A DNA stretch of 64,000 bases from a bacterium (lineage in GTDB: Bacteria; Zhuqueibacterota; Zhuqueibacteria; Residuimicrobiales; Krinioviventaceae). Of the stretch, positions 20,865 to 30,600 are shown piece by piece; positions within the stretch are counted from its first letter, which is position 1; each line of letters begins with the position of its first letter. Below the pieces are notes generated by a model. That model had not been told where the DNA came from, made no database searches, and saw only the letters and a list, made by a program, of their open reading frames with translations. Location of the stretch: assembly GCA_963674595.2 (NCBI GenBank), contig CAXXFV010000008.1:128001-192000 (forward strand). Direction: 5' to 3'. A program made the translations under genes and the position numbers.

Positions 20865-21851
20865 TTAAAATGCTCCTTGAAACAGGGCTAAAAATGCACT
20901 GCTGCCGTCAGTATCTGAAATGATATAGTTGAGCTGTATTTTAGACTCGTTGTGTTTTTTAGGATTCAGGAAAAAGTTACAGCCAAGGGTTATATCCTGT
21001 CTATCGGCATCGTCATTGGTTACATCTCTATTTTCTAATTTTATAATAGGTTCCATCGTTGGAGTAACCAAATAACCGCCTTGAAGGTAATACGAGCTGC
21101 CATCGGAGGATTCATTCTGTTTATCAGATCGGGATAAATATTCTGCTTTACAGCACAGTTTGGAGGTTAAATTATATTGTAGACCAAGACCTAAAACATT
21201 GATCCTTTCCTGGTTTTCCACACTGGTTAAAGCGGAACCAAAAGAAACTTCTGTATAAATATTGTCAATTGGGTTACAATGGAGCCGGCTTGCCAGTGTA
21301 TAATCTGCACCTTTTGTGGGATCTCCAACGTCGTTTGCTTTATTGGGGCCGGCATTAAATGCACCCAGAGCAATGCCCATTTTCATTGATCCAATATTGT
21401 TTTTGTGTATCATTGCACCTGTATCAAAATGAAATACAAAAGATTGTCCCAGGCCGCGTTTTACAAAATCAAGTTTTGATGCTGCCGTATTCCATTCCAT
21501 TCCAAACGGTACTTTAAATTTTCCAACTGTAAAATTTATGTCTGCAACTGTTTTGAATGTAAGCTGGGCAAATTTAATAATACCCGGAGTATCTCCATCA
21601 TTTCCAATTTCATCATTTGTGTCTGTAAAGTCAACAAGAAGTTTATAATCGGCATATTCATTTAAGGAGCCTTTGGCACCCAAACGTACACGTTCAAAAC
21701 CAAATACAAAAGCTTTATTACCTTCATTTAATGATGCAGTTGTTTGAATATAGCCGTTTAGTTTGATGTTGGGTTGGGAGAGTAGCGTAGAGCAGAAGAG
21801 AATGAGTACGATAAATATTGTAAATAGTGTGTAAGATTTTAGGTTTAGCAT
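20865..21851 (-). CDS. Outer-membrane porin (OprO/OprP-like beta-barrel)
   Basis: Signal peptide; 'LNGYIQ', 'RVRLGAKG', 'VGKFKVPFGME' pattern; amphipathic strands; terminal Phe. Confidence 0.75.
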   Translation of the reverse strand: MLNLKSYTLFTIFIVLILFCSTLLSQPNIKLNGYIQTTASLNEGNKAFVFGFERVRLGAKGSLNEYADYKLLVDFTDTNDEIGNDGDTPGIIKFAQLTFKTVADINFTVGKFKVPFGMEWNTAASKLDFVKRGLGQSFVFHFDTGAMIHKNNIGSMKMGIALGAFNAGPNKANDVGDPTKGADYTLASRLHCNPIDNIYTEVSFGSALTSVENQERINVLGLGLQYNLTSKLCCKAEYLSRSDKQNESSDGSSYYLQGGYLVTPTMEPIIKLENRDVTNDDADRQDITLGCNFFLNPKKHNESKIQLNYIISDTDGSSAFLALFQGAF

Positions 21852-21951
21852 TATTACGGTGCTCCTAACTTTTACCTGATCTATTTAGCTGCTTTATGTT
21901 GTAACCGAGATTGATTTATAAGATCTGTTTATATTTTGTTTTTTAATTATT

Positions 21952-21990
21952 GCATCAGTCATACTTTGCCTAAAAATGTATGACTGATGC
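21952..21990. repeat. Perfect 13-bp inverted repeat (intercistronic stem-loop)
   Basis: GCATCAGTCATAC-N13-GTATGACTGATGC between the MCP stop and porin start; no U-tract on the coding strand. Confidence 0.7.
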
Positions 21991-22005
21991 GTAATTAATC
22001 AACGG

Positions 22006-24417
22006 CTAAAAATGTTTTAAAATATCATCATCTGCTGATGCTGGAAGAGCATTTCCATTGCTAAATGGAATGACTTTTTCCGGATCACTATCTTTAGAAT
22101 TTCCGTTTTTTGCCAGGTTTATAGGTTTAGGTTCCTGATGTCTAACAGTGTTTTGGAATTTCGATCCTCTGTTATTATAGGAAAAACTTTCTTTGCTTAA
22201 TTTGTAGGCTGCAACCAGGCTGCGCATCTCTTCTGCCTGACTGGATAGTTCTTCGGCGGCGCTTGCTGATTCTTCAGAGTTTGCAGCGTTTTGCTGTGTG
22301 ACCTGATTCATCTGGTCTACGGCGGTATTAATCTGGTCAATACCTTCGCTTTGCTGTTCAGAAGCGGCGGCAATTTCAGCCATCATTTCGCCGACTTTGT
22401 TTACGTTTTCGGTTGTTTCATTTAATATTTTAGTAACTTCAACGTTAAGATTAACGCCGTTATCCGCGTTTTTAACAGCTTCCTGAATCATCGATGCCGT
22501 GTCTTTTGCCGCTTCTGCACTGCGCATCGCCAAATTACGAACTTCTTCAGCCACAACGGCAAATCCTTTGCCTGCTTCGCCGGCTCTTGCTGCTTCTACG
22601 GCTGCGTTAAGGGCCAGCAGATTGGTTTGAAAAGCGATCTCGTCGATTGTTTTAACGATTTTTGCTGTTTCATCTGAAGAGTTTTTGATTTGACTGATGG
22701 CATCAGAAAGATTGTTCATGCTTTCGCTTCCCTGCGCTGCAACTTCACGTGCTCTTTCGGAAGTGGTTTTCGCTTCTTTGGCTGTTGAAGCATTTTGTTT
22801 TGTCATGGCAGACATTTCCTGCAGGTTACTGGAAACTTCTTCCAAAGAACTGGCTTGTTCGGATGCTCCCTGGGCAACAGCCTGGCTGCCTGTTCCGATT
22901 TGGTCTGATGCTGATGCGACCTGATCAGAAGCTATGGAAACTTGCTGCATACCTTCATCGAGGTTTGAAACGGCTGTATTGACGGCATTTTTAATTCGGG
23001 CATAGTCACCTTTATAATCGCCTAAAATTCTTGCTGATAAATCACGATTCGCTACACGGTCTAATACATCGGCAGCCTCATTTATCGGGCCTACAACGGC
23101 ATCCAGCGTGTTGTTGATGCCGTTAACGATATTGCCATATTCACCAGCATGTTTGCTTTGATCGGCGCGTATTGAAAGTTGACCTTCAACCGCAGCATCT
23201 GCCAGCATATTAACATCCTCCACCATGTGGCCTACACTTTGTTTCATGGTAATCATTGCATTACCAAGAACATCGTCACTGGAAGCGGCTTCGACGTTGA
23301 CGGAAAAATCACCGGCGGCGATGCTTTCTGCTGCCTGTACTTTTTCACGCAAAGAGCCGATCATTTTGTTAAAAGATGAGATCAACTGGCCTATTTCATC
23401 ATCACGTTTGGCTTTAATGTCTACGTTTATATCACCAAGAGCCAGTTTGTCGGCAACAGTAACGGCATCCTGTAATGGTTGTAATCGTTTAATGAGGAAT
23501 ATTGCGATAAATCCACCGATAAGTATAAGCAATAAAACACCAATTGTTGCGGTTGTTTTTGCCATTTTTGTAGCTTCTGCTGAAATGTCTGATACATAAA
23601 TTGTTGCAGCAACATAATGACCGAATTCTTTATTTTCAATAGCTGTTAAAATTTTATTTTTGCCTTCCCAGGTGTATCGAACCAAAGTTTCACCTTTAGA
23701 ATTCAGCATTTGTTTACCCCAGTCATATTGATTTACATCTAAAGTAAAAATCTGTTTTTTATCAGGGTGTGCGAATGTCTTTCCTTCCTGATTTGTTACA
23801 AAGGCATAACCGGTTACACCCATGGTTAATTCGCTAACCAGCCTATAGGAAAAGCTCCCAACATCAACCGGCAAGCCAAGTATACCAATAACTTCGTTAT
23901 TGTCCATAACAGGAGCTGTTACCACCTTAACGATCATTCCGTTTACAGGTGATTTGTTGATATCACTTACATGGACCTTACCAGCCAAAGAGGAAGTAAT
24001 ATTATCATTAAAGCCGGTATTACGCCATTTTAGACCTTTGGAGCCGATTCCCGGATCCGCGACAATTTCAGTGTTCTCTTCGGCGGTTGAGAGGAATACG
24101 TTTTCATAAATTCCCTTTTCATTATAAAAGGTTTTTAATAATGACGAAGCATCATCATAGTTACCGGTTTTCATTGCATCGATGATGGTTTTGTTTTTTG
24201 CTAAAAAGAGAGCGTTGTGTTTTTGGTCTTCTATAAAGTTAACGAGCTGACGATCAATATCTTTATTAAAATTTAACAACTGGTTAATAAATGCTTCTTC
24301 GACAGCGTGGTATGCCGACCTGTAGGAAATGATCCCACTAACGGCTATTAAAACGATAAAGCTGAATACAACTATAATCGTTAATAGGTTTTTTAAACTT
24401 TTAAAAATGTTTTTCAT
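22006..24417 (-). CDS. Methyl-accepting chemotaxis protein with dCache sensor
   Basis: Two TMs; Cache hallmarks '[17 protein letters not shown]'; multiple HAMPs; MCP signalling core. Confidence 0.95.
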   Translation of the reverse strand: MKNIFKSLKNLLTIIVVFSFIVLIAVSGIISYRSAYHAVEEAFINQLLNFNKDIDRQLVNFIEDQKHNALFLAKNKTIIDAMKTGNYDDASSLLKTFYNEKGIYENVFLSTAEENTEIVADPGIGSKGLKWRNTGFNDNITSSLAGKVHVSDINKSPVNGMIVKVVTAPVMDNNEVIGILGLPVDVGSFSYRLVSELTMGVTGYAFVTNQEGKTFAHPDKKQIFTLDVNQYDWGKQMLNSKGETLVRYTWEGKNKILTAIENKEFGHYVAATIYVSDISAEATKMAKTTATIGVLLLILIGGFIAIFLIKRLQPLQDAVTVADKLALGDINVDIKAKRDDEIGQLISSFNKMIGSLREKVQAAESIAAGDFSVNVEAASSDDVLGNAMITMKQSVGHMVEDVNMLADAAVEGQLSIRADQSKHAGEYGNIVNGINNTLDAVVGPINEAADVLDRVANRDLSARILGDYKGDYARIKNAVNTAVSNLDEGMQQVSIASDQVASASDQIGTGSQAVAQGASEQASSLEEVSSNLQEMSAMTKQNASTAKEAKTTSERAREVAAQGSESMNNLSDAISQIKNSSDETAKIVKTIDEIAFQTNLLALNAAVEAARAGEAGKGFAVVAEEVRNLAMRSAEAAKDTASMIQEAVKNADNGVNLNVEVTKILNETTENVNKVGEMMAEIAAASEQQSEGIDQINTAVDQMNQVTQQNAANSEESASAAEELSSQAEEMRSLVAAYKLSKESFSYNNRGSKFQNTVRHQEPKPINLAKNGNSKDSDPEKVIPFSNGNALPASADDDILKHF

Positions 24418-24454
24418 TTTTTTCTCCTTGGCCTCTATGCTAAATATTTATTTT

Positions 24455-24997
24455 TTAAGCTACTGCTTGTTCCTGTTTTGTGTTTTGTGCCATTTTTTCT
24501 ACTGATTTTAATTCTTCTTTGGTTAATACTTTATCTATATTTAACAGAATTTTCACATTTTTTTCTGTTTTACCAATTCCAAGAATAAAGTCCGTAGTGA
24601 TGTTGGTTCCAAAATCCGGAGCTTCTTCTATTGAATCTCCAGGAATATCTAATACTTCAGATACTTTGTCCACAACAATTCCCATCTCCACTCCGCGTAC
24701 CTGCACATCAATAATAACTGTTTCTTCGTTCTGTTCCTGATTTGTCATATTGAATTTGGACCGCAAATCCATAATCGGTAAAATTTTCCCTCTCAGGTTA
24801 ATCAAACCTAATATGAAATCCGGAGTTTGTGGGATGGGCGTTGGTGGGATGAACCCGACAATTTCCACAACTTTAAGAATTTCCAATGCATATTCTTCTG
24901 TTCCGAGGAAAAATGTTAGATATTTACCGCCAAGATCAAATGTGCGGTTAACAACCGCTTCATTTTTTGTACTAGCCATATTTAACTCCTTTTCCAT
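24455..24997 (-). CDS. cheW: Chemotaxis adaptor CheW
   Basis: KYLTFFLGTEEY, PDFILGLINLRGKILPIMDLR, GIVVDKVSEV, LLNIDKVL. Confidence 0.95.
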   Translation of the reverse strand: MEKELNMASTKNEAVVNRTFDLGGKYLTFFLGTEEYALEILKVVEIVGFIPPTPIPQTPDFILGLINLRGKILPIMDLRSKFNMTNQEQNEETVIIDVQVRGVEMGIVVDKVSEVLDIPGDSIEEAPDFGTNITTDFILGIGKTEKNVKILLNIDKVLTKEELKSVEKMAQNTKQEQAVA

Positions 24998-25022
24998 GTC
25001 TTTTTTTTATTTTAAACTTAAA

Positions 25023-26027
25023 TTATACTAAAATGTGTATACAGGTTTCAGATTGTTTTTCTATTGTCATTGTCCCTTCAAGTTGTGTCTGAACAATGAG
25101 TGAAACCATATTTAGACCCAATGTGTGTATGTTCCCAATATCAAAAGAGTCCGGAAATCCGACTCCGTTATCGTAAACAGATAATTCTATACGATTTGAT
25201 TTGTTTCTGTGGAGGTTGATGGTGATAGTATTATCTTTATTTTTTCTATTTTCAAATGCATGTAGCACTGCATTATTAATCAGTTCATATATAACAATTC
25301 CCCAGGGAACCGCATCGTTGATACTGACATAAATTGGATTCAAGTTGAATTTAGTTTTTATTTTAATATTATCCGGTGCACTAAACAACAAGTCTTTTGT
25401 TTGTTGTTTTATATATTTTTCAAGGTTTAAACCAACAAAGTTTTCAGAGCTGTAGAGTTTTTCATGAACCATTGCAATGGCTTGAATTCTTTGATATGTT
25501 TTACTGAGAATATCTTTTGCTTCCTGGTTGCTTATATGGTATTGCTGTAGTTTAATCAGGCTGTTGATAAGCTGAAGGTTGTTTTTAATGCGATGATGGA
25601 TCTCTTTGACTAAAATTTGATTTTCTTTTGAAAGTTTGTTGTATTTTGTTTTTACATTTGGATGGCGATAGAATTTTGTTTCTATATCTTCCAAAGTATT
25701 TAAAAATGTTTTCAGATCTATTGGCTTTCTCATGAAAGCATAAGCACCATGATTAACTGCTTCAATTGCGTTATCCGTATCGGCAAAACCCGTCAGAATA
25801 ATAACCGGTAATCCTGGTTTTTGTTGCTGGGCTTCTTTTAAAACGTCTATACCATTCATGCCGGGCATTTTATAATCTGTAATGATGGCATCAAAATTAT
25901 CCTGCTTAAACTTTTCAATCGCTTTTCGGGGATTGCTATACATTACACATTCGTGCCCCCCCGGTTCAATAGCTTCTTTTAAACTGAGAGTTACATCTTT
26001 TTGATCGTCTATTAACAATAATTTCAT
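25023..26027 (-). CDS. Receiver domain fused to HisKA_2-type histidine kinase
   Basis: LLIDD..ITDYKMP..MRKP; EIHHRIKNNL; ELINNAVLH, DNGVGF. Confidence 0.9.
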   Translation of the reverse strand: MKLLLIDDQKDVTLSLKEAIEPGGHECVMYSNPRKAIEKFKQDNFDAIITDYKMPGMNGIDVLKEAQQQKPGLPVIILTGFADTDNAIEAVNHGAYAFMRKPIDLKTFLNTLEDIETKFYRHPNVKTKYNKLSKENQILVKEIHHRIKNNLQLINSLIKLQQYHISNQEAKDILSKTYQRIQAIAMVHEKLYSSENFVGLNLEKYIKQQTKDLLFSAPDNIKIKTKFNLNPIYVSINDAVPWGIVIYELINNAVLHAFENRKNKDNTITINLHRNKSNRIELSVYDNGVGFPDSFDIGNIHTLGLNMVSLIVQTQLEGTMTIEKQSETCIHILV

Positions 26028-26086
26028 TGGGCATCCTGTAAAACGTTATTTTTTTCTCAGCAGATTAGTGCTTATGTTTAGACTTT

Positions 26087-26102
26087 AGCAGGATTTGTGC
26101 CA
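26087..26102 (-). promoter_or_regulatory. Sigma-54 (-24/-12) promoter
   Basis: Minus strand TGGCACAAATCCTGCT = GG-N10-GC, ~60 bp before the ATG at 26027 and right downstream of an NtrC-type activator gene. Confidence 0.8.
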
Positions 26103-26167
26103 GTTTTTAAATTTTGGTTGTTTCTTTTGTGTAATATGTTGTAAATTTTGAAAATAGGTGGGCATGT

Positions 26168-26239
26168 TTTTGAATGGATGTTCAAAATAATAAAAGCTAA
26201 AAATTTAAAATCCGTTGATTTTGTATACCAAATGGTATA
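26168..26239. promoter_or_regulatory. Two palindromes, candidate upstream activator sites
   Basis: TTTTGAA-N6-TTCAAAA (26168-26187) and TATACCA-N2-TGGTATA (26224-26239), 65-135 bp upstream of the -24 element. Confidence 0.4.
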
Positions 26240-26245
26240 TCTGTT

Positions 26246-27694
26246 TTATATTATTTTTTTCAGGTAGGTATGTAATGTTCTTACTGAAATTCCCAGGTAT
26301 TGAGCAGTTTTGGTTTGGTTTTTTTCAAATTTTTCATAGGCGCTTTTAACAATTGACAGCGTCAGGTCTACAATATTAATACCTTCTTCCGGCAATCGAT
26401 ATGAATCGGGACCGAGAGTTAAATTTTCTTCAGAATTACCGGATTTTTTATTAATACCCATTAATACGGCATTAATATGATGTTCTGTAATTATTTCATC
26501 GTCCCACAAAAGAGTGATTCGCTCAATTGCATTTTTTAATTCACGGACATTTCCCGGCCAATTGTATTCTTTAAAAGTATTTTGAGCCTGCTCGCTAATA
26601 CTATAAAATTGTGTTTTCTTTTCAGAATAAAGTTTTTCTAAAAACATAAGCGCCAATGGTATAATTTCCTCTTTTCGTTCCCGTAATGGCGGAATTCGAA
26701 TATAACCGACGCTTAGACGGAAATACAAATCTTCCCGAAATGTACCCTCCTGTACTTGTTGTTTCACATCTCTGTTTGTTGAGCAAACAAAACGTGCTGT
26801 TGATTTTATTTTTTTCAAACCTCCTACGCGAAAAAATTCATTTTCCTGTAAAATGCGTAGCAGCTTGGCCTGGTGCTCTATCGGCATTTCTGTTATTTCA
26901 TCTAAAAAAATAGTTCCGGTTGCTGCAATTTCGATTTTTCCTTTTTGACCTTTCGGATTACCGCCCGTAAATGAACCGGCTTCATAACCAAAAAGTTCAC
27001 TTTCAAATAAATTTGATGTGATTGCAGCGCAATTTACCCCTATAAAGGGAGTGGTAATATCGCCATCACCAAAGTGAATGTATCGGGCAACCAGTTCTTT
27101 TCCTGTACCTGTTTCACCTTCTATAAACACGGGTATTTGTGGATTTTTGTGTAAACGTTTGGCCGTGTCAAAAACACTAATCAGCGCTTTGGAAAAAATT
27201 CCTATCTGGGCCGTTCCCACTTCTCTCAAGTAAGCTTGACGTATCGTTTTTAATTCGTCCTGTGTACGTTTATTGCTTTTTTCGAGTTTTTTCAAGTCTT
27301 TTGAAAGTTTAATATTTTCAGATTTTAATTTATTAAATTCTTCAAGCCGGTTTATAATTTCTGCAAGTTCTCTTACATCAATTGGTTTTAACAGATAATC
27401 ATAAGCTCCGTCCCGCATGGCTTGTACGGCTTTTTTAATATCTCCATGTCCTGTAAAGAGGAGAACCTCAATATGTGCCAGTTCCTTTTGTGATTTTATC
27501 TCCTTTAGTAAATTATAGCCATCCATTATGGGCATTTTAATATCAGACAAAACCAGGTCTAATTTTTCTTGGCTTAATGTTTTTAGGGCTTCTTCACCGT
27601 TTTCATTTTGAATGATTATATGCCCGATACTTGTAAGAAATTCACTCAAGCTGGAACGAATGCTTTCATTATCTTCAACGAGTAAGATTTTCAT
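26246..27694 (-). CDS. Sigma-54-dependent NtrC-family response regulator (REC-AAA+-Fis HTH)
   Basis: GETGTGKE Walker A, ESELFG..GSFTGG, FLDEI, FREDLYFRL, WPGNVREL, NQTKTAQYLGIS. Confidence 0.95.
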   Translation of the reverse strand: MKILLVEDNESIRSSLSEFLTSIGHIIIQNENGEEALKTLSQEKLDLVLSDIKMPIMDGYNLLKEIKSQKELAHIEVLLFTGHGDIKKAVQAMRDGAYDYLLKPIDVRELAEIINRLEEFNKLKSENIKLSKDLKKLEKSNKRTQDELKTIRQAYLREVGTAQIGIFSKALISVFDTAKRLHKNPQIPVFIEGETGTGKELVARYIHFGDGDITTPFIGVNCAAITSNLFESELFGYEAGSFTGGNPKGQKGKIEIAATGTIFLDEITEMPIEHQAKLLRILQENEFFRVGGLKKIKSTARFVCSTNRDVKQQVQEGTFREDLYFRLSVGYIRIPPLRERKEEIIPLALMFLEKLYSEKKTQFYSISEQAQNTFKEYNWPGNVRELKNAIERITLLWDDEIITEHHINAVLMGINKKSGNSEENLTLGPDSYRLPEEGINIVDLTLSIVKSAYEKFEKNQTKTAQYLGISVRTLHTYLKKII

Positions 27695-30600
27695 CTGATA
27701 TTTCCTTTGTTTTCAATGGGTAGGACGACTGTAAATCTGGCTCCGCCGTTTTTATTGTTACTAACTTTAATTTTCCCATCAAGGTTTGTTAAAATGTTTT
27801 GCACAATTGCCAAACCAAGCCCCATGCCTTCTTCTTGTATTTTTGTTGTAAAGAAGGGATCAAATATTTGCTCAAGCCGCTCTTCATCTATCCCGGGCCC
27901 GTTATCAATAACTTCCATTGTACATTGTTCCGTATCAGAATGAGTTTGTATTATAATCTGTTTCTTTGGCATGGAAACTGTATCCAGAGCGTGCAGTGAA
28001 TTTGTGATTAAATTAATGACGACCTGCTCAAGAGGTGTATCACTCCCCAACACCGGTTTTAATTCTGTTTCTAATTTTAAAATCAGATCGACATTATGAG
28101 ATTTTAATCGCTGGCTGACAAGAGTGCTGGCTCGTTTAATAATTTCGTTCAGGTCAACAGCAGTTGGTACCATTTTTTCCTGTCTTGTTAAGGAACGCAT
28201 ATGTTTTATAATTTGGTCAATTTTTCCTGCCTGTTCCGAAATAAATTCCAGATTTTTTAAAATATTCTTTTGTAACGTTTGTGGGTCTTTTTCTCCCCAA
28301 TATATTAGTCCATCCACTTTGACTTTAAGAGCGGTTAACGGCTGATTAATTTCGTGAGAAACACCCGCTGTTAGTGTTACCAGTGAACCAAATCTTTGCG
28401 CCCGTTCTGCCAATCGTTGTGCTTCGAGTGCTTTTTTTCGTTCTGTAATATCTCGAATAAAAACAAAAGAAGATGGCTTGCCATAATAGAGGACTTTGCC
28501 GGCATTTAGTTCTGCATCAAAAATTTTTCCATTTTTATGTTTTACCTTAATTTCGTAAATCATTGGGGGCGATTGATTGGAAATTCTATCATTATAATGG
28601 CTTTTTAGTATTTTAAAACTTTCCGGCGCCACTAATATTTCATAAGGTTTATCTATTATTTCCTCTTTTTGATAGCCAAACATTCTGCAAAATGCCGCAT
28701 TAACAAATTTTATTTTATTATTTTGTACTATAACAATACTATCGTATGCACGCTCAACCAGGTATCTGTATTTTTCCTCATTTTCGATCAGGGCTTTTTC
28801 GGTTTTTTTCATTTCCGTAATATCACGGGCTGAAGTTATAACAGCTTTTACATCACCGTCTTCAGAGAATTCAGGAATAAGCTGCCAATCAATCCATGTG
28901 TTGTTTGGCAGTTGAAATTCGATACGGTGTGGTTTTCTTCTAAGAAAAACATTTCTGATCGAGTTGTCCCATAAATGGACAAGATGTGAAGGAAATCCCA
29001 TCTCTGTATGTGTTTTGCCGATAAATTTTTCCCATGAAATACCTGTTTGATATTCAACAATTGGATTTACATAAAGGTGGCGTCCTTTGGAATCGAACCG
29101 CATAATGGTGTCTAATGAATTTTCGGCCAGAGCACGAAATTTTTCTTCACTTTCTCTTAAATTTTTTAGAGTTATCAGGTTACTCAAAACATCGGATATT
29201 CTTCTGCTTATTTCAATGAAAAGTTGTTTTTCCTCATTGACCCATTCATGTTCTTTTTTATAATGTTGAATGACAAATAGCCACGGTTTGTCTGTTTTAG
29301 GGTGTAACGACATCATTAATTGAGCTTTAACAGGCTTTGTTCCTATAAATTGTGCGAGCTCTGTTTTTGTAGTTTGGGCAATTAATTCATGCCTTTCCAG
29401 GGATAGTTTAAAGGTATTTGCTACTTTTGGGTCAACAGTAATTAATTTATCTATATCTTTTTCAATATTATCCGTAGTATATATAAACTCTATATTTGAA
29501 GTATTAATCGATGGTAAACAAGGATTTATTAGAAAAGCACATTCACATGCAAATATTTTTGTAACTGTTTTCAAGATATTGTCAAATATAGTGTCCATAT
29601 CAGAAGTTTTGCTGATAGCCTTTTCTATATCTTCCATACTTTCCAAAAAGTGAAGGTGCCGTAAGCGTTCATTTTCTATTTGCTTTCGTGTTGAAATATC
29701 TCGAATAACTGCTTGAAGGACCATCTCTCCGGCAAGCTCTATTCGTTTAAGGGACACTTCTGTATCAACTGTTTTCCCACTGAGTGTAAGATGCTGCCAT
29801 TCGAAATGTTGAGGATGACCGTTCAATACATTTTGTATTATTTCTTTGGCCAGTGTTTCTGAATTCTTTTTATTTTGCTGAAATGCAGGAGATAGTTCGT
29901 ACACGGGAATGTTTAATATATCTTTTTTATCTCCTTCGAAAAGTTTTAAAGCTGCCTGGTTACAGTCAAATGGTTTGCTCCCCCTTAAAAGAAAGATAGC
30001 ATCTTCTGCCGCTTCAAATAATGTATGGTATTGATTTTCACTTTGTTTTAAAGCCTCTTCTGCATTTTTACGTTCTGTTAAATCCGTACAGAACAGGTAG
30101 TAAAAATATCCGCCACGGTTGTTTGGTATAATCGTGTATTTGTTTTGAATATAACGTTTGGTTCCATTTTTATGGGAGATCCAAAATTCGGATTTTTTCG
30201 GTAACAATTCTGAAAGATCGCTATTCTTTTTCTCCTGAACCAGCTTGCGGTCTTGAGGAGATAAAAATTCATTTATAGAAAATTTGCCTATGGTATCGCT
30301 TGCAAGACCCCATATTTCAGAAATTCTATTATTTAAATAGACTATTTTATTGTTTTCAAAGATAATTACACCATCTTGAGTATTATCTGCCATACTTCGG
30401 AATCTGTTTTCACTATATCTCAATGCAGTTTCTGATTGTTGTTGAAGAAGAGCGTTTCCGATAACCTGAGAAAACATTTTTAATAGTTTATGATCAAATC
30501 CTTGCAGAGCATAAGATCGATTAATATTATCAAATCCGATATAACCGCTTAGCCTTTTCCCTGAATAAACCGGAAATACAATAAGTGATTTTATTTCCTG

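Noticed and set aside
19358-22924. Repeated plus-strand ORFs '[15 protein letters not shown]...'
   Set aside because: Antisense shadows of the duplicated MCP signalling domains
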